From the NCBI GenBank assembly GCA_038496445.1, contig JALMLS010000310.1, positions 1 through 64,000 on the forward strand: DNA of 64,000 nt, written 5' to 3'. Below, piece by piece: positions 11,301 through 25,991 of this stretch. This stretch comes from Trichosphaerium sp. ATCC 40318. Taxonomy: Eukaryota > Protista > Tubulinea. Numbering within the stretch: position 1 is the first letter of the stretch; the number at the start of each line of letters is the position of its first letter. The translations under genes were made by a program, and so were the position numbers. The notes under the pieces were generated by a model. It made no database searches. It saw only the letters and a program-made list of their open reading frames with translations, and was not told the origin of the DNA.

Positions 11301-11419
11301 GATAAAATTAGACATACATACCGCTTTTAGCACACAGTTTAGGTACAAATAAAAGGGTGTCCCAAACGGCACGTATTAACTGTCACCCTCAACACATTGC
11401 TTTACCGCACATGTACTTA

Positions 11420-12470
11420 GAAAAATATGTACTGCAGCTATCACTATGATTGTATGCCCTTGTCCCTTTGCGTTTTTGTGTGCAAACATGTACACCTTTG
11501 GTTAGTAAACAATAAGAAAACAAAGTCGTGATTGAGCAAAGGTAAATCGGTTTGTTTTACACATCTTCAAGCTCAACATCCTCTTCTACGACTTTAACAC
11601 CTGTGGCTAATAGAAAGGACTTCTTTTTTCTAGAAATCAAACAACAATACCTTGCTGCAGTAGCTATACAAGCAGCCTAGATACAACAAAAGTCACTACC
11701 AAATTAATAAAATAAGTGTATGAGCGTACACAACAGAACACAACAAAGAATAACGATGCTATTGCCAATGTGCGAAAGAACTTTTTGTCTTGAATTGTCG
11801 TTAGTCAGGTAACACGTTTAGATATCGGAAAGAAAGGCGTACCGCGTTCACAGTATTGTTCGTTGTCACATTGGAATTCTGTAATACCAAGGACTCCGAG
11901 CAATGACTGTGCAAAGATACCAATGCCTCCAATACATAACACAACAATATACTACAACAAAATCGCGTTAGCGTTAGTGCTTTCAAAGAGCAGCAAAAGA
12001 TCTTCTCTTTAGAACACAAAAACAACGTTAAACGTACTAAGACTGTAAGAGTCACCGATTCCCATCTTGTTGCGGCAATACCTAACCCAGCTGCGGAGAA
12101 GTAGAAGACACAAAGAACAAATAACCCTATATAAACTACAAGCATCTTTAATACGAGAAAGCTATGTATATCACGTGCCTTCTCCTTGACTTGCGATAAA
12201 AATACCAAAACCAAACTGCAGGCCAAGAATTGCCTATGAGCAGCATTAATCACGTGGTATATACGGATTTAGACGCCAACGCACCAAAAACGTAATAGCA
12301 CTACCAACAACTGCCTTTCTCCAAGGAGATATACTACGGTTGATATCGTAATACATTAGAAAGAGATACTGACGCTGTATAACTTGAAAAGATTGCGATT
12401 AAGGCAATCCCGACTTGTACTTCTTTTGACAAAATCGCTGGCTGTAAAACTACAAAAACGAGATGATTCT
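11420..12470 (-). CDS. Multi-pass membrane protein, unknown function (boundaries approximate)
   Basis: Several short hydrophobic exons separated by GT/GC-AG introns. Confidence 0.35.
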
Positions 12471-12749
12471 ACACTGAGTAGTAACTTGGAGATAAATAAG
12501 TACATTTAACGTTTTTCAATGTCAAATGTTCACGTGCTAGAACTGACATTTCGTACGTGTCAAAGGGTAAAACTACATTCTAACAGAAAAACAAGTTTCT
12601 TAGTTTATCTAGGTGAAACCGCTAAAACTGAAAAAATACGCAAAAGAAATTAGCGAAAACTCAATTCCGCTTTTTTTTTGATGTACGTTTAAAAAACAAT
12701 CCAACCCGCTTTACTGTTTTGTGCAACTGCTTGTGCAACATTTTTTACT

Positions 12750-13553
12750 ATTTACAAAAGGGGTATTTTTTTGTACTGTACCTGCACTAGTACGCCTGTC
12801 GATACGCAAAATGCTTACCGATACGCAAAAATTGTGACAGGTCCAGCAAACTTGTCTGGATCCATTCTTTCGTCTTCTCCGTCATGCTTTTTACGAAATA
12901 TCTCGAATACAAGCATACCAGGCTCTTGTGTATGGTATTCAAAGTATATATTTTCTTCACCAGACCCTATGGTCATGTATTTGCGATCAGCGAATGAATG
13001 ACGCCAGTAAACAACGTAGTGGTTTGAACTAAACGTTAGTTTCTCGTATGTCACTACATCTACACCATCAGACCCCAAAATCTTGATCACACGCCTTGGT
13101 TTACCACTGTTGCTTTCAGGACAACCCTATAACGTAATAAGATCGTGAACTAGAAAAGGAAATGAAAAACTGTGTTTTTCGCTGGTACAAATACGAATGT
13201 AAGTTTTAAAATGATCCTGTACGCGTGTATACCTGAGCGTCGTGTATAATAAACCTAACCCACTTTACTCTACAAGATACTTCTCTATATTGCTTTAGTT
13301 TAGCTTTCATATGGTCATTTTCTCGTTTGTATTTCCTTAATTCTGCTTCTAATCGATCCATACGGTCTACAACTCTCGAGAGTTTTTCATGATCCAAATG
13401 ATAAGCATTATCGCTTTGTGATCGTGCAAGCTTCTTACTAAGCTTTGGAGTGAAGCTTCTACTGCTACCGTTGCTTTTACGATACGAGTGCTTTTTCTTT
13501 CTCTTTACTTGCAGCCCTTCACTACTTGCACTACTGCTAAGCATAGCGCACAT
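12750..13553 (-). CDS. Hypothetical protein with basic Ser-rich N-terminus, coiled coil and beta-rich C-terminal domain
   Basis: ORFs 13206-13553 and 12815-13090 are in the same orientation with intron-like gaps. Confidence 0.5.
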
Positions 13554-13843
13554 ACCCCCTTTGTTCTTTTTGTGTACACTACGCGTTAACTAAAAAAGGT
13601 CTCGGCGTAATTATGTTTTTGTGTTTTTTCACCTGAACTCTACAAAACGGTACATTCGCGTATTTTCAAAAGCAATCATGTACGATGAGAATAAAAGCGT
13701 TTTTTAAAAGAAAATGGGCTCACAAAACGAACAAGTTCGAGTTTTAAAAAAATGTTTTTGATTGTTTTTCTTACTATCCTACAAGTGTTTTTGTACGTCG
13801 TACAAGACTCCTAGCGTATAATCGTTAACCAAATTCGGTATTT

Positions 13844-16240
13844 TCAGAATGTTGTGTACTTTTGCGCCTTTTTTGAGCTTCTAAATTTATCTAATTCCCA
13901 TTCTACGCCAGGATATCTCTTTTGAAGTACATGTGGTAGTATTGACATTATACTACCACCTCCAATATTAACAAGATGCTTAGAGGAAACAAAATGCCTG
14001 TAGGCAGTAATTACATCAAAAACCATTACATTCAAAGCTCGACTTTTGGAAAAAAAGAAAACATCCGAATGGAAACGGCATTGTGACACGGCCTGTGTGT
14101 AATAAAAATGAAATTTTCCTCCAGGTACGAAGCGTTGTACAGCGTCCAAACTGGCACTAGAAGAGCGCCAAAAATAAAATTTTCACTGTTTTATAAAAAT
14201 AAAGTAAAACGAATACTAAAACATAGCAGTGCGACAAGACCTATGGCCATTAAGATGGCCAAAGAAAAAACAAAGAAAAACGTACCAATCATAAGGAGAG
14301 TCAATACCTAGTGCTACTTCTGCTTCATCAAGAAAACTAGTAATACTATCTTCTTCATGCCAGAATCTCTGTGGAGCGTTGCTAGGCATCAATTAGAAAT
14401 AGTTAATGATTGTTTAAAGGTACATGAATCTTCTAGTGTCCCAATTGAACCGAGGATATATTGTTTGTAGAGTCTTGACTAGAGAACCATTACACCTTTT
14501 TTTGTAGTTTTTTCGTCAAAAAACCATTCACACATTTTAATTAATTACTACCATACCTATTTAGTATCCACCCGCCACCTATTTCACATATTTGTTGTGC
14601 AGTAACACCATAAAAATCGTCTAGTGACTTCAGCCCAAGTTTTTCGCTAAATCGAGATATGTTCGATTTAATTTGGTCTATGTATTCTATAGGTAATGCT
14701 AAGAAGCTTGCACCAACCACTGAGTTATTGGACTTCTTTGTGTTAGACCTACCAACGGTTTTAGTACTGTAAAAGGGTATCATATAGCGAAATAAAAAAG
14801 AATTTTGAAGTAAGAAAACCTGCTTGCGAACACGTACTGCAATGGTATCCAAGTCTTCTCGGGATACAATACACAAAGTGCTTTATATATGGATCCTTGA
14901 TGCATGTCAAGGATGTCATGGAAAGGAATATTTTCAATTTGATGTAATGATATTCGAAACCAATCATCTGTACATTTTATGCTGTAACTTTCTGCTATGT
15001 CATCAAACGTTGACCTTTGACTAATCCAACTACGTCTCTTTTTAAGTTCATTGCTTCTACAGTAGACATCTATAAGTCATCACAAAAGAAGCAACGGGTT
15101 CTAACCTAAATTTCCACTCTTGCCAATTTTGCAATGGGTACAATGTCATTAGCATGTCATTGACATCTTTATATCTGTCTTAGTTTAGCTTAGAGTTGTG
15201 TATTAACACATGCTTACCTTTCTAATATATTACCTCCACCATGTATAATGATTTGTTCTGGTGATACATGGTACCATCCTTTCGGTTCAGAGATGCCGAG
15301 CTCTGATCCTATAGAATGGATTTTTTTCTTTTGATTATTTACATCATCGAAATACTTCTTGTTCTGTACCCTAAATACAGATTAATCCTTTCGATAATAA
15401 CAACATTCATCGCACACTTCTATCTTCTTGGACCATGTGTACTCATTGTAGATTGTAGAGAACGCATGGAACGGAGAATCGTACCTTAAAAAATTAACAC
15501 CAAGCTGACTGGAAATGTACAGCAAAAAAAGTAAACGCGCACAATGCCAACAGCCCTCCTCCACCTCGATCAATTATATCGTTCTTGGTGACACCATGCC
15601 ACTCACCCGATGTACGTATAATAAAATCTTTTGCCATAACGTCAAAAAAGTTACGTTGTGCGATAAGGTTGTCCCAATAATTGTTTCCTCTATTTTACGA
15701 AGTTAAAAAGATTGGATTCTAATGTCATATTGTACTTGAACTGCCATTCAATCCAATCACAGTGTGGATACACAGACTTTAACAATTTTTGTACGCTTGC
15801 ATTGGATCTAAGTACGTCAGAAAGGTAATAAAACAGAAGTTGCGTTAAATTGTTTTCTCACGTGCCAGGTCATTTCGTACCCTGTTACTAGGCCACCACA
15901 TAGTGGTTTGAGCTGGTTGAGGGTACAGTTGTACCATTCGCCCATTTCTTTAACGTTTAACTGTGGAGCAACATATTTGTCCATAAAAATGCGTCTGTTA
16001 GCGTTGGAGAGCGAAAGAGGTGTTACTGGGAGTATTCTGTGCAAAATGAGTTAATTTGCTAAATAAGGGTTATAACTAACTCTTTGGTTTGTTGACGCAG
16101 CAACTGTGATATGAACGCCGTCTTGTGCGCTTTTCGCTCTGAAGTATTTTCTTTATTACTTTTAGCCCGCGCTCTAGGTGTGATACGCTATTACATTAAT
16201 AAACTTGGAGAATTAAGGCGTTAGATCGTACAGCGCGCAT
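13844..16240 (-). CDS. Tandem-repeat protein (repeats of F/W..LG(I/L)...W/FY...GG..L..Y.S...L..(I/V)YP...W), probably organelle-targeted
   Basis: The same ~70-aa motif recurs in at least 5 exon groups (e.g. QLNVKEMGEWY, ELGISEPKGWY, KLGLKSLDDFY, ALGIDSPYDW). Arg/Lys-rich N-terminus. Confidence 0.6.
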
Positions 16241-16412
16241 GTTGTTAACAAATGCCGTTTTCGGTTTCCATTAGTGGTTGTAAATTACTCAATTAATTTG
16301 CTGAGCGACTTATGATTGCAATAAGTGATTGGCAGAGTAATTCAAGTTCTACAATATTTGACTTTTATTACAGAAAACACGGCTAAATTCACCAACGTAA
16401 AAACGCCGTAAA

Positions 16413-17964
<1,552 letters not shown>

Positions 17965-18062
17965 TGTATAAGATTCACAGTATAGAATAGTATATTTCTC
18001 AAACAAACAACGTTACCATGACAACAAAGCTACAGAATACTTTGGTTTTTATTGTGATACTT

Positions 18063-18738
18063 CTAAACAGGTTTGTTTCTATTTCGTCTCCTTTCACCTC
18101 TCTCCATTGGAGTATACCCACTCTTAATACTCGCCATGACTGTCTTATCACTACATTTTGTACAAATACGATACGTGAGCCTGTCTTCTTTCTCCAGTAT
18201 TGTCTCGAAACTGTGACATTTGGAACAAACTACAAAAGTATTGATATACTTTTTGAGAACATTCATAAGTTTTTTCGGAACGATTCTCTTCTGTAAGATT
18301 AGCTGTCTTGAATCTTTCTTTACTGAAGCGGCGACTTGGATTTCGACGCTTATAAATAACGCCACATGCTCTGGATCACGTTTTATAAGGTTGCACGTGG
18401 GTACGAAATTATCCCATGAAACCCTTTTGGCTTCTCTGCTTACTTTTGGAGCAGGTAAGGATCTTTGAGCTTCTTTAACTTTCTCCTTGTAAATCATCGT
18501 AAAAGCACGTGACATTAAGTCTTCATATTGAGGATCAATATCATACTTTATTTCTATAAAATGATTAGCTTCATGAAGCTATACGTTGTTGTGAAGACGT
18601 ACCTTGAGGTGTCGGCAAAATACTTGCATCTTCGAAGCTTTCATAATCTTCAAGTTTTATCTTCTTTCTAGCATGCGTAGCTCGCTTTTTCTTCTTTTTA
18701 CCTTGGAAACTAGGTGTGGTCATTGTGTCGATGTTCAT
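18063..18738 (-). CDS. Translation initiation factor eIF2-beta-like
   Basis: Poly-Lys box GKKKKKR, YEDLMSRAF, WDNF..CNLIKRDPEHV, KKYINTFVVCSKCHS..T.L..CTKC zinc ribbon. Confidence 0.85.
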
Positions 18739-20212
18739 TTGAAAATGATGTGGAGCTGCACAGAACAGCAAAAACCCAGTTGTAAATATCTAGGAAAAAC
18801 ACAAGAAAACCAACACCAGCCTTTTGGTTTACCATAAACGATTTACTCTATAAAACTTGTTATTGTTGCAGTGTACCACGTGCATAGGCATAGTGTATGA
18901 AACCCAACAATACAAGTTGTTCTTCGTCTGTAGAGAGTGAATTACGGGATTTTAACGTCATTTGTGCCTAATAATAGTTGTTATTGAATGGCTATTGGAT
19001 TAAATTGGTAGCCAATAGTAAACTTGACATCTTTTTAGAATCGGATATTGTAAACTCGTTATCGTAACAAAAAAAAATTACATGTAACATGTTTCAACAA
19101 AACTCACTATTGACCACTAAAATGACCTTAAACGATGTTAATTACCTATTACAACCATGTAAAAGTGCAAATAAGAGGAATAAACACCAATCTGATACAC
19201 TGTTTAACAATAGCGCAAATACGCACAGCATATGATTTTTTAGCGCCTAATAAACGTTGAATACCGCTTACAGCAAGGTTTACAAGAAACCGTTACAATA
19301 AGCTAACACAAGCGTAAATTACGCTAAAAGTAATGTTGAACGAATTAAAGGTGCTGAGACGATAATAGTAAGCCTTGTCATGGTCATTGGCGTACTTTAT
19401 CGCATAAATATTTGTTTAATTGTAACCCTTACCACTAATACCGAGGCCAGTACATCTTCGCACTACCTAGACACTTGTTCGAGTGTAGTATGTTGGATAG
19501 CTTTTGAGAAAGAACAATACAGTGTGGTCAATGCTCACAGTTGAAATTTTGAACACGTGTTGAATTGTAGCACAAAAACAGCTTTTTAAAAACATGCAAA
19601 TATCACAAAATTCCATTTTCTGGACGTGCTGGTAGCTAATTCTTATTCAAAATTCAACTGTATAGCTTGCATATGAGCTATATATACCGACTAGAAATAG
19701 ATTTAGTACAATTTAAATTCTCGAGTCAGCATACCATGCAACAAATTTGAAAAAAACAAGAAAAAAATTCTTTGTAATTTTTGCAATGTGACCCAACTCC
19801 ATTACTATTATAAAACATTCCATTTATAGCTTTTATTATTGAACGTCATTCACTAAAACACTTATAAGCTTAACATAGTGGTGCTTGGTCAAAAGATGGA
19901 ACATAAATGTAAAATTATAAACACTTAGCGAATAAAGTGGAAAAATTGGAATCAGTTAATTGATTCGACAGCTTTGTTGGCAAATGCTAAATTCATTGTG
20001 GTATGCGCTTCACACTTACAACCATGATTGAGATGGATAATGTTTATATCAGAGAAATTTGAAAAGAGGGCGCTGAGAAATATGCATGGGAAAATTTGTT
20101 ACAGGTAACTTTTTTTGTTACAGGTAAAGAGGTAAATAGTAGAATCATTAATTTTATTGTTCTTGTACAGATGTAACAACAAATAGTATGACAAAACGAG
20201 TGCTGTCATTAC

Positions 20213-22411
20213 TTATTGCACGCATGGATAAGGACACCACCTTGTAGTACTTGCATACTGACCTGTCTTTGGAACTGAGATCATTGAGAAGGTTGTCTGC
20301 AGATTCAATGTTGGCTTTTCCTCCAAAATCTAGTTACGCAAAAAAGGTAAGTTTAAATCTTAGAACATTTGTAAGGGGGTAGGGCTTACCTTCATCATTG
20401 ACTTGGCATTGATGTTGTCTTGTCCTAATGCTTCCATATGGTAGTTACCAGGTACACGTCTATCATCCCACCAAGGAGCAGGGTTCCAATGATCGTAATT
20501 TGTTTGAAGCAAATACCATTTTCCTGGCTCATCTCCAAGTACCCATGGGTGATTTGATGTATCATTTCTATTTCTAGATAATACAGTACCTAAAAATTCG
20601 AGGGGTAAATTTAGGACGAAGTGGTAAGTTTTGTATGAAAAGCATCGAAATGTTTGTGCCGTTGGTTTTTTGTTCGTTTTTTTTACCTTGTCCTGGGCTC
20701 TTTCCTCCTATTGTGTAGTAAACATCAGCGATCAACATATCTTTACTCAATTGATCTACAGCAGCAGGGAAATCGTTTTCGTTTTGAAGAACATGACGTG
20801 TCAAAAAAGTGACAAGGCTTGCATTTTTTTCCTCAATGGCAGCTACTGCTTCATAAAATAGTTGCTTAATGCCTCCAGGATAGTTACGTGTATTAACTGA
20901 CACAGAAAACTCTCCAGGCTTTTGTCCGCTCAAAACACCAACGTATCCTAAATTAAACAAAAACACGTGAGCGAGATCTATAAATAGCAAAATATCCGTA
21001 CCAGCAAAAGTTGTTGTCTTGAATAGTGTTTTGTTGTTGCGTTGATAATGTGCCTCATAAGCAATGTCTTTTAGCGTATCAGTGAATCCCATACCAGCCC
21101 AGAAATCCATGTTACGTCCATGGTAGATTGTTCCATCTTTTCCTTGAGCAACAATCGATGTACACGCATCACTAGCAAAGACTAAGAAAATGGCTTGCAA
21201 CTCCGGATTGCGTACGTTAATTCGTATCCTAAGTTGAAAAGTGACAACCAACCTGGAGAAACACCTACTTGTTTAGCACAACCACGTATTCTAAATGAAG
21301 CAGTCAGTACACATAATTTCCTGAGTTTTGCGTACTCTGCGGCTAGTTCTGTTGGAAAGTAAAAGTAATTTAAGGCATCACCCAAATCAGAAATAACTGG
21401 AGCTACATCACCCAACAGTTTTGTTACCTGAGAAAACATCTTAGTAAATATATTTTGTTGTTCTTGCTTGATACGCACTGTGTCCACGAGGAAATTTATG
21501 TTTGTCTTAAAGCTAGGAACAGAACATACTTCAGTATCTAGAGAAAAGGTTGGTAACAATAAAGATTTGTTTTGTGCACGTCACTCACATCTGTCTTCAG
21601 GAGCGAGATCCAAGTTAATAAAATGAATATTCACTGGTGAAGGATCCACGTGAGTCTTAAACGGAGCACATTGACCAATCTCATAGCAAATACGAGAAAC
21701 GGTCCACTGCTGAGTGAGCATTTTAAACTACAGCAGAAGTGAGAAAAAAAAGGTCGTTGATATTTCGCCTTATTTTTCAAAATAGGCAATTTTTTTGTGA
21801 CCTTGAAACGTCACCACAAGAAGCTTATAAAGGCTTGTAGCCCATTAAAAAGGATTTTGTTGTAACGTTGGGTGTGGTAACATGAAAAATACCATGGTGC
21901 GTACAATATCTGGGATTGTGTTGACAGTTGTCATACATATTGTTTTAAGCTCTCCAGAAAGAATATTACATAAATCTTGTGTTAACTTTTCTGTAACTTC
22001 AGTCTCAGTAACGTTCTCGAGTAATAATCCCTCAAGCTCATTTATAACAATGCCACATATGGCGCCTGGAAAAGAACATGAGTGCGAAATTTCAAAAGTG
22101 CAGTAAGCGGTGGAAGAAAAAACTAGGGTGAACCAACTTTAGGCCTACTTTTTGAAGGTGAGTGTGCCGGTATGTTTATGCCACGTGATTGAATCCAGGC
22201 AAAAATGAATTTTGATCGTAGTGCCGTAACTTTAGAACGTACAATCAAAGGTTAGATCATCCGGGTTTGCAGCTTTTATATCCGCAATCTCATTAAACGA
22301 CTGCTTAGGTATTTTGTTCAATATCGCCTTCAAAGAAGGTTTTTGAACCGGGTATAATGCGGATATTGCACTACAGATACAAGCAAGAACAAAAATGAGC
22401 CGTAGGTCCAT
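20213..22411 (-). CDS. Acid ceramidase/NAAA (Ntn hydrolase) with N-terminal saposin B domain
   Basis: Signal peptide; saposin DCAICGIV..DLC..TIC..RICYEIGQC; INLDLAPEDR; CTSIVAQ..GTIYHGRNMDF; GYVGVLSGQKP..FSVSVN; LQTNYDHW..DDRR; C-terminus RWCPYPCVQ. Confidence 0.92.
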
Positions 22412-22516
22412 TGTGTTAGGCAGTCAGGTAAAAAAAGGAGCAAACTTAAGCGTACACATTAAGTCCGTCAATTAAGACTGTTGGCTTGCAACACGATACG
22501 CCTGTTAGCTACGTAC

Positions 22517-23435
22517 ATGAATGGAAACTCAAGGTACATCCGTAGACGCCAACCGAGAAACGTACGACACTTAAAACGACAACAGTTAATAAAAACGTTC
22601 AAAACGTTTTTTACGCTCGCTGATAACGTAAAACGGCGGTTAAACACTTCCTAAGATTTGAAGAAAAATGTGTTGTATAATTTATTTCTAAAATTGCTGT
22701 AGGTTGTTACTCCTGGACTTGCCTCTTGAGATACAATGTGCGATTCACGAGCTTGAGCCAGAAGTTTTTGAAAAATGGCCTCTTCTTAATTTTCACACTG
22801 CCACTTCATCCAGGTTTGATAATAACCTTTGTAAAAATCGCCTATGGAAAGCTTGGTGTAAGGGGACTCTTGTAAGAACACAACGATTTGATCATGGGGA
22901 GCAACATGGTAAAAGTTGTGTTTATTATAATAGTGGACAAATTGCATTTGAAACTCATTTTGTTCATGATGTACAACAAGGAAAGTATAAAGAATGGACT
23001 TTTGGTGGTAAACTTTATGAGAAGTGTTACTACAAAGAAAATTTAATAGAAGGCGTTTTACTACAATGGCATAAAAATGGAAAAGTCAAAAAAAGGTGCT
23101 ATTATGTAAAAGGAAAGAGACATGGTGAACATACTTTTTGGTACCCTTCAGGATCACTTCGTGAGTTATGTTATTATAAAGACGGTATAGTAGAAGGTGA
23201 GTACAAAGAGTGGCATAAAACAGGAAAATTACACGTGCATACTTTCTATAAAAATGGTGAAAGACATGGAGAGTACAAACAGTGGTACAGTAATGAACAA
23301 ATTTGGAGACACTTAAATTATGATAATGGTGAACTTAATGGAGAATGTAAAGAATGGTCTACAACAGGGGTAATGACAGCTTTTATATTGTATGATCATG
23401 GCGAACGAACTCAAGATCTCATGCAACAAACTTAA
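22517..23435 (+). CDS. F-box-like + MORN-variant (MORN_2) repeat protein
   Basis: Short exon 22517-22533 plus exon 22703-23435. LLDLPLEIQCAI followed by ~7 repeats of G.Y.EW..NG.L.....Y..G..HG. Confidence 0.8.
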
Positions 23436-23605
23436 CAACACTGTTTACAATCAATCAACTTGCGAACAGAGTACTAAGAGTGCTTGTTACCACTTTGCTG
23501 TTTGTTTATCGTACCTTATTGATTCTCATAATAAACGCAATGGATAACCTGTAGAGTGTTAGTGAGTAAGTACTAGCAAAATAAAGGGAGGATTCATCAA
23601 TTGAT

Positions 23606-24610
23606 TTATTGAGTAGTCGGTTTTGATGCTTTTTTACTCCGCTTAAACGCAAAGAGTTTAGTGCGTATAAAATCATTGTCCAAGCTACAATGGACATTCT
23701 CCTTTACATCAACAACGCCTACAGGTATATCTTTGCAATCGAATCCATGTTCAGTCCCAAGTTCTAGTAGCTTTTGTAACGTCGTTTCTGATCGTACTTG
23801 AAAGCATAGCAAGAAAACAGCTTGTGGGTTTGTTTTAGAGAGAAATTCATCAACGACTTTCCAGAGTGGAATGATACTGTGTTCCCAAACGCTAAGAAGG
23901 TACTTAGGCGATACACAAGCGTAAAATATAGTAGTTTGAGATTTACATACAGCGAGTAGATGATGTCAGCACCGAGGATTAAATCGAATTCTGTGTGGCC
24001 CATAGCACGCAGTTTATCATTGTCTGTACCCCATTCTAGTTTACAAGATGTATGTGTTTTACCTTCAATCGCATTTTCTTCTGTGTTTTTTTCTAAGAGT
24101 CTCATGACTACAATAAAAAGTCAACGAAACTTACACCTCGAACCTTTTGTACCGATGTCTGACCCATCTGTTACTACCACGTAATCACTGTATTGCATTA
24201 ACAGTATTCCACAGAGTCCAGGGCCAGCTCCAAGCTCTAACACGCGTGTAGATGCCATATTTTGAAAATCAGGGCTGTTGGCTGTTATTTGTTGCGTCAA
24301 GTACTTGCAAAGCATGTCTGAGGAAGGCCACACTGTATTTGTTTAAAAAATATTAACAGGCGTTAAACACGCGCCTTCTTGCCCAGTTGTGCTCCAGTCA
24401 ACTAAAAATTGGTTAGAAAACAAGCTTATAACTATTACAACCTCCTGAATCATTTTGGTTCAATACTACTTTTTTATCGCCGTATTTGAATACCTTTTGC
24501 TCGTATCTACTACATTAGAACATAAAAAAACGAGTTAGCACGTACTGTTCTACAACGAACATAGAATCCATAACAGCGGTGTAATCATCATCATCGCTTG
24601 CGTCTGACAT
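23606..24610 (-). CDS. METTL21/EEF1AKMT-like protein lysine methyltransferase (Methyltransf_16)
   Basis: TGQEVWPSS..L, RVLELGAGPGLCG, VVVTDG, KLEWG, FDLILGADIIY. Confidence 0.9.
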
Positions 24611-25102
24611 TATTATGGGCGCGTTTGACACCTCTAGACCAAATTCTATCGAAAAATTCAAACAGCTTTTTTGACTCGAAACAATATCTGTTCTAAACAT
24701 GTGTCGTCATCGCACTGGCTACTGCACTACTCTTTAAGCACGCAATGCTGCATAGAAATAAACAAAGGCAATAAGCACGGAATACCAGCAAATAAAACGA
24801 TTTGTACACATTTAACCCGCCTGCCACATTGACAATTGTAGAGTCACAATACTACATGCCTTCCTTTTTTAATTTGTTATTCTCTGTAGTTATCGCCCAT
24901 TTGGTAAACGTGACTCCTCGGCATCTCGGAGAATCGACAAAGTTTTGTTAAACTCTGGTATGGCGTACACAATTACAATCGTTGACACTTCAAATATAAT
25001 GGCAATTAGGGGAGTGAAGCGTGATAAGTTTCTAAATTAGTCAAAAAACAGGCTAAACACCTTAAGCTCTCCAAGGTTGCAAGGTGTCTGGTAAAACACA
25101 AA

Positions 25103-25699
25103 TGAGCAACAAAACTACCAATAAAAAGTGGGTTCTACCACAAATAGAACTCAACCTTGTTTTAAAGGCGCAAGTAGGCCCTATGGGTACAATAGCGCGG
25201 TAATAACCTACAAACTAATTGTTTTGTAGAATCATCAACATTGCAAAGAGCATTATCAGTAGATAACACACATGAAACAGGGTACGTTAAGCGAAGCGTA
25301 ACACGTCGTCTTTATAAAAAATGAAATTGCAACTCAAATAAAACTCGAAAAAAGCTCATTTTGGCTTTAGAATACTTCATACGCCCAACGGACAACACTG
25401 GAGAGATTCTTTTGAGTATTTCGACAAAAACAGTGACGGTTTCGTTTGCACAGAAGATGTTAGGAAGACAATGAAGGATCTAGGTGATCCTATGACAGCT
25501 GCTGATATAAAAGAAATATTTGACGAAGCAGATAAAGATGGTGACGGCAAGGTGCGCTTTATTTTTTCTTCAATTCTGTTTTATGCTGTGATAGCTTATG
25601 ATCGAGTAGCTTTGTTTTGATGAGTTCAAGAAATTTTGTCTTTCAACTGACCTGCTTTCGCCTCGAACACCCCGTGTTCCAACTGGAAAGTTGCGTTGA
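25103..25699 (+). CDS. EF-hand protein (calmodulin-like lobe); 5' end uncertain
   Basis: SFEYFDKNSDGFVCTEDV and IFDEADKDGDGK|LCFDEF. Confidence 0.75.
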
Positions 25700-25991
25700 T
25701 CAACACCAAAATTAGACATGTAGTGTCACTTCTATATGGCTCAATAAGAAAAGAAGATTGACATGATCATAAAAAAAAAACCAAAATTTTTCGAATGCTA
25801 TCTCATAATTCGAGCTGTAAATTAAGCTGTAATAATAAACCTAACCTAATGGAATGTATACAATATAGTCGCACAATAATACAATATCAATGTGTAACAA
25901 TACAAAGGAAGAAGAGCAGTATCCAGCGAAAAAAGTATCATTTATTTACAATTACACCTTATATTGTCAAGCTACTGGCATCACTTGGATT

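Noticed and set aside
19470-19495. AGTGTAGTAT resembling the U2 snRNA branch-pairing region
   Set aside because: The flanking U2 stem I, CTGTTC and Sm site are absent.
18840-20200. 1.4-kb gene-free AT-rich gap, unusual for this compact genome
   Set aside because: No ORF, repeat or RNA motif could be supported by eye.
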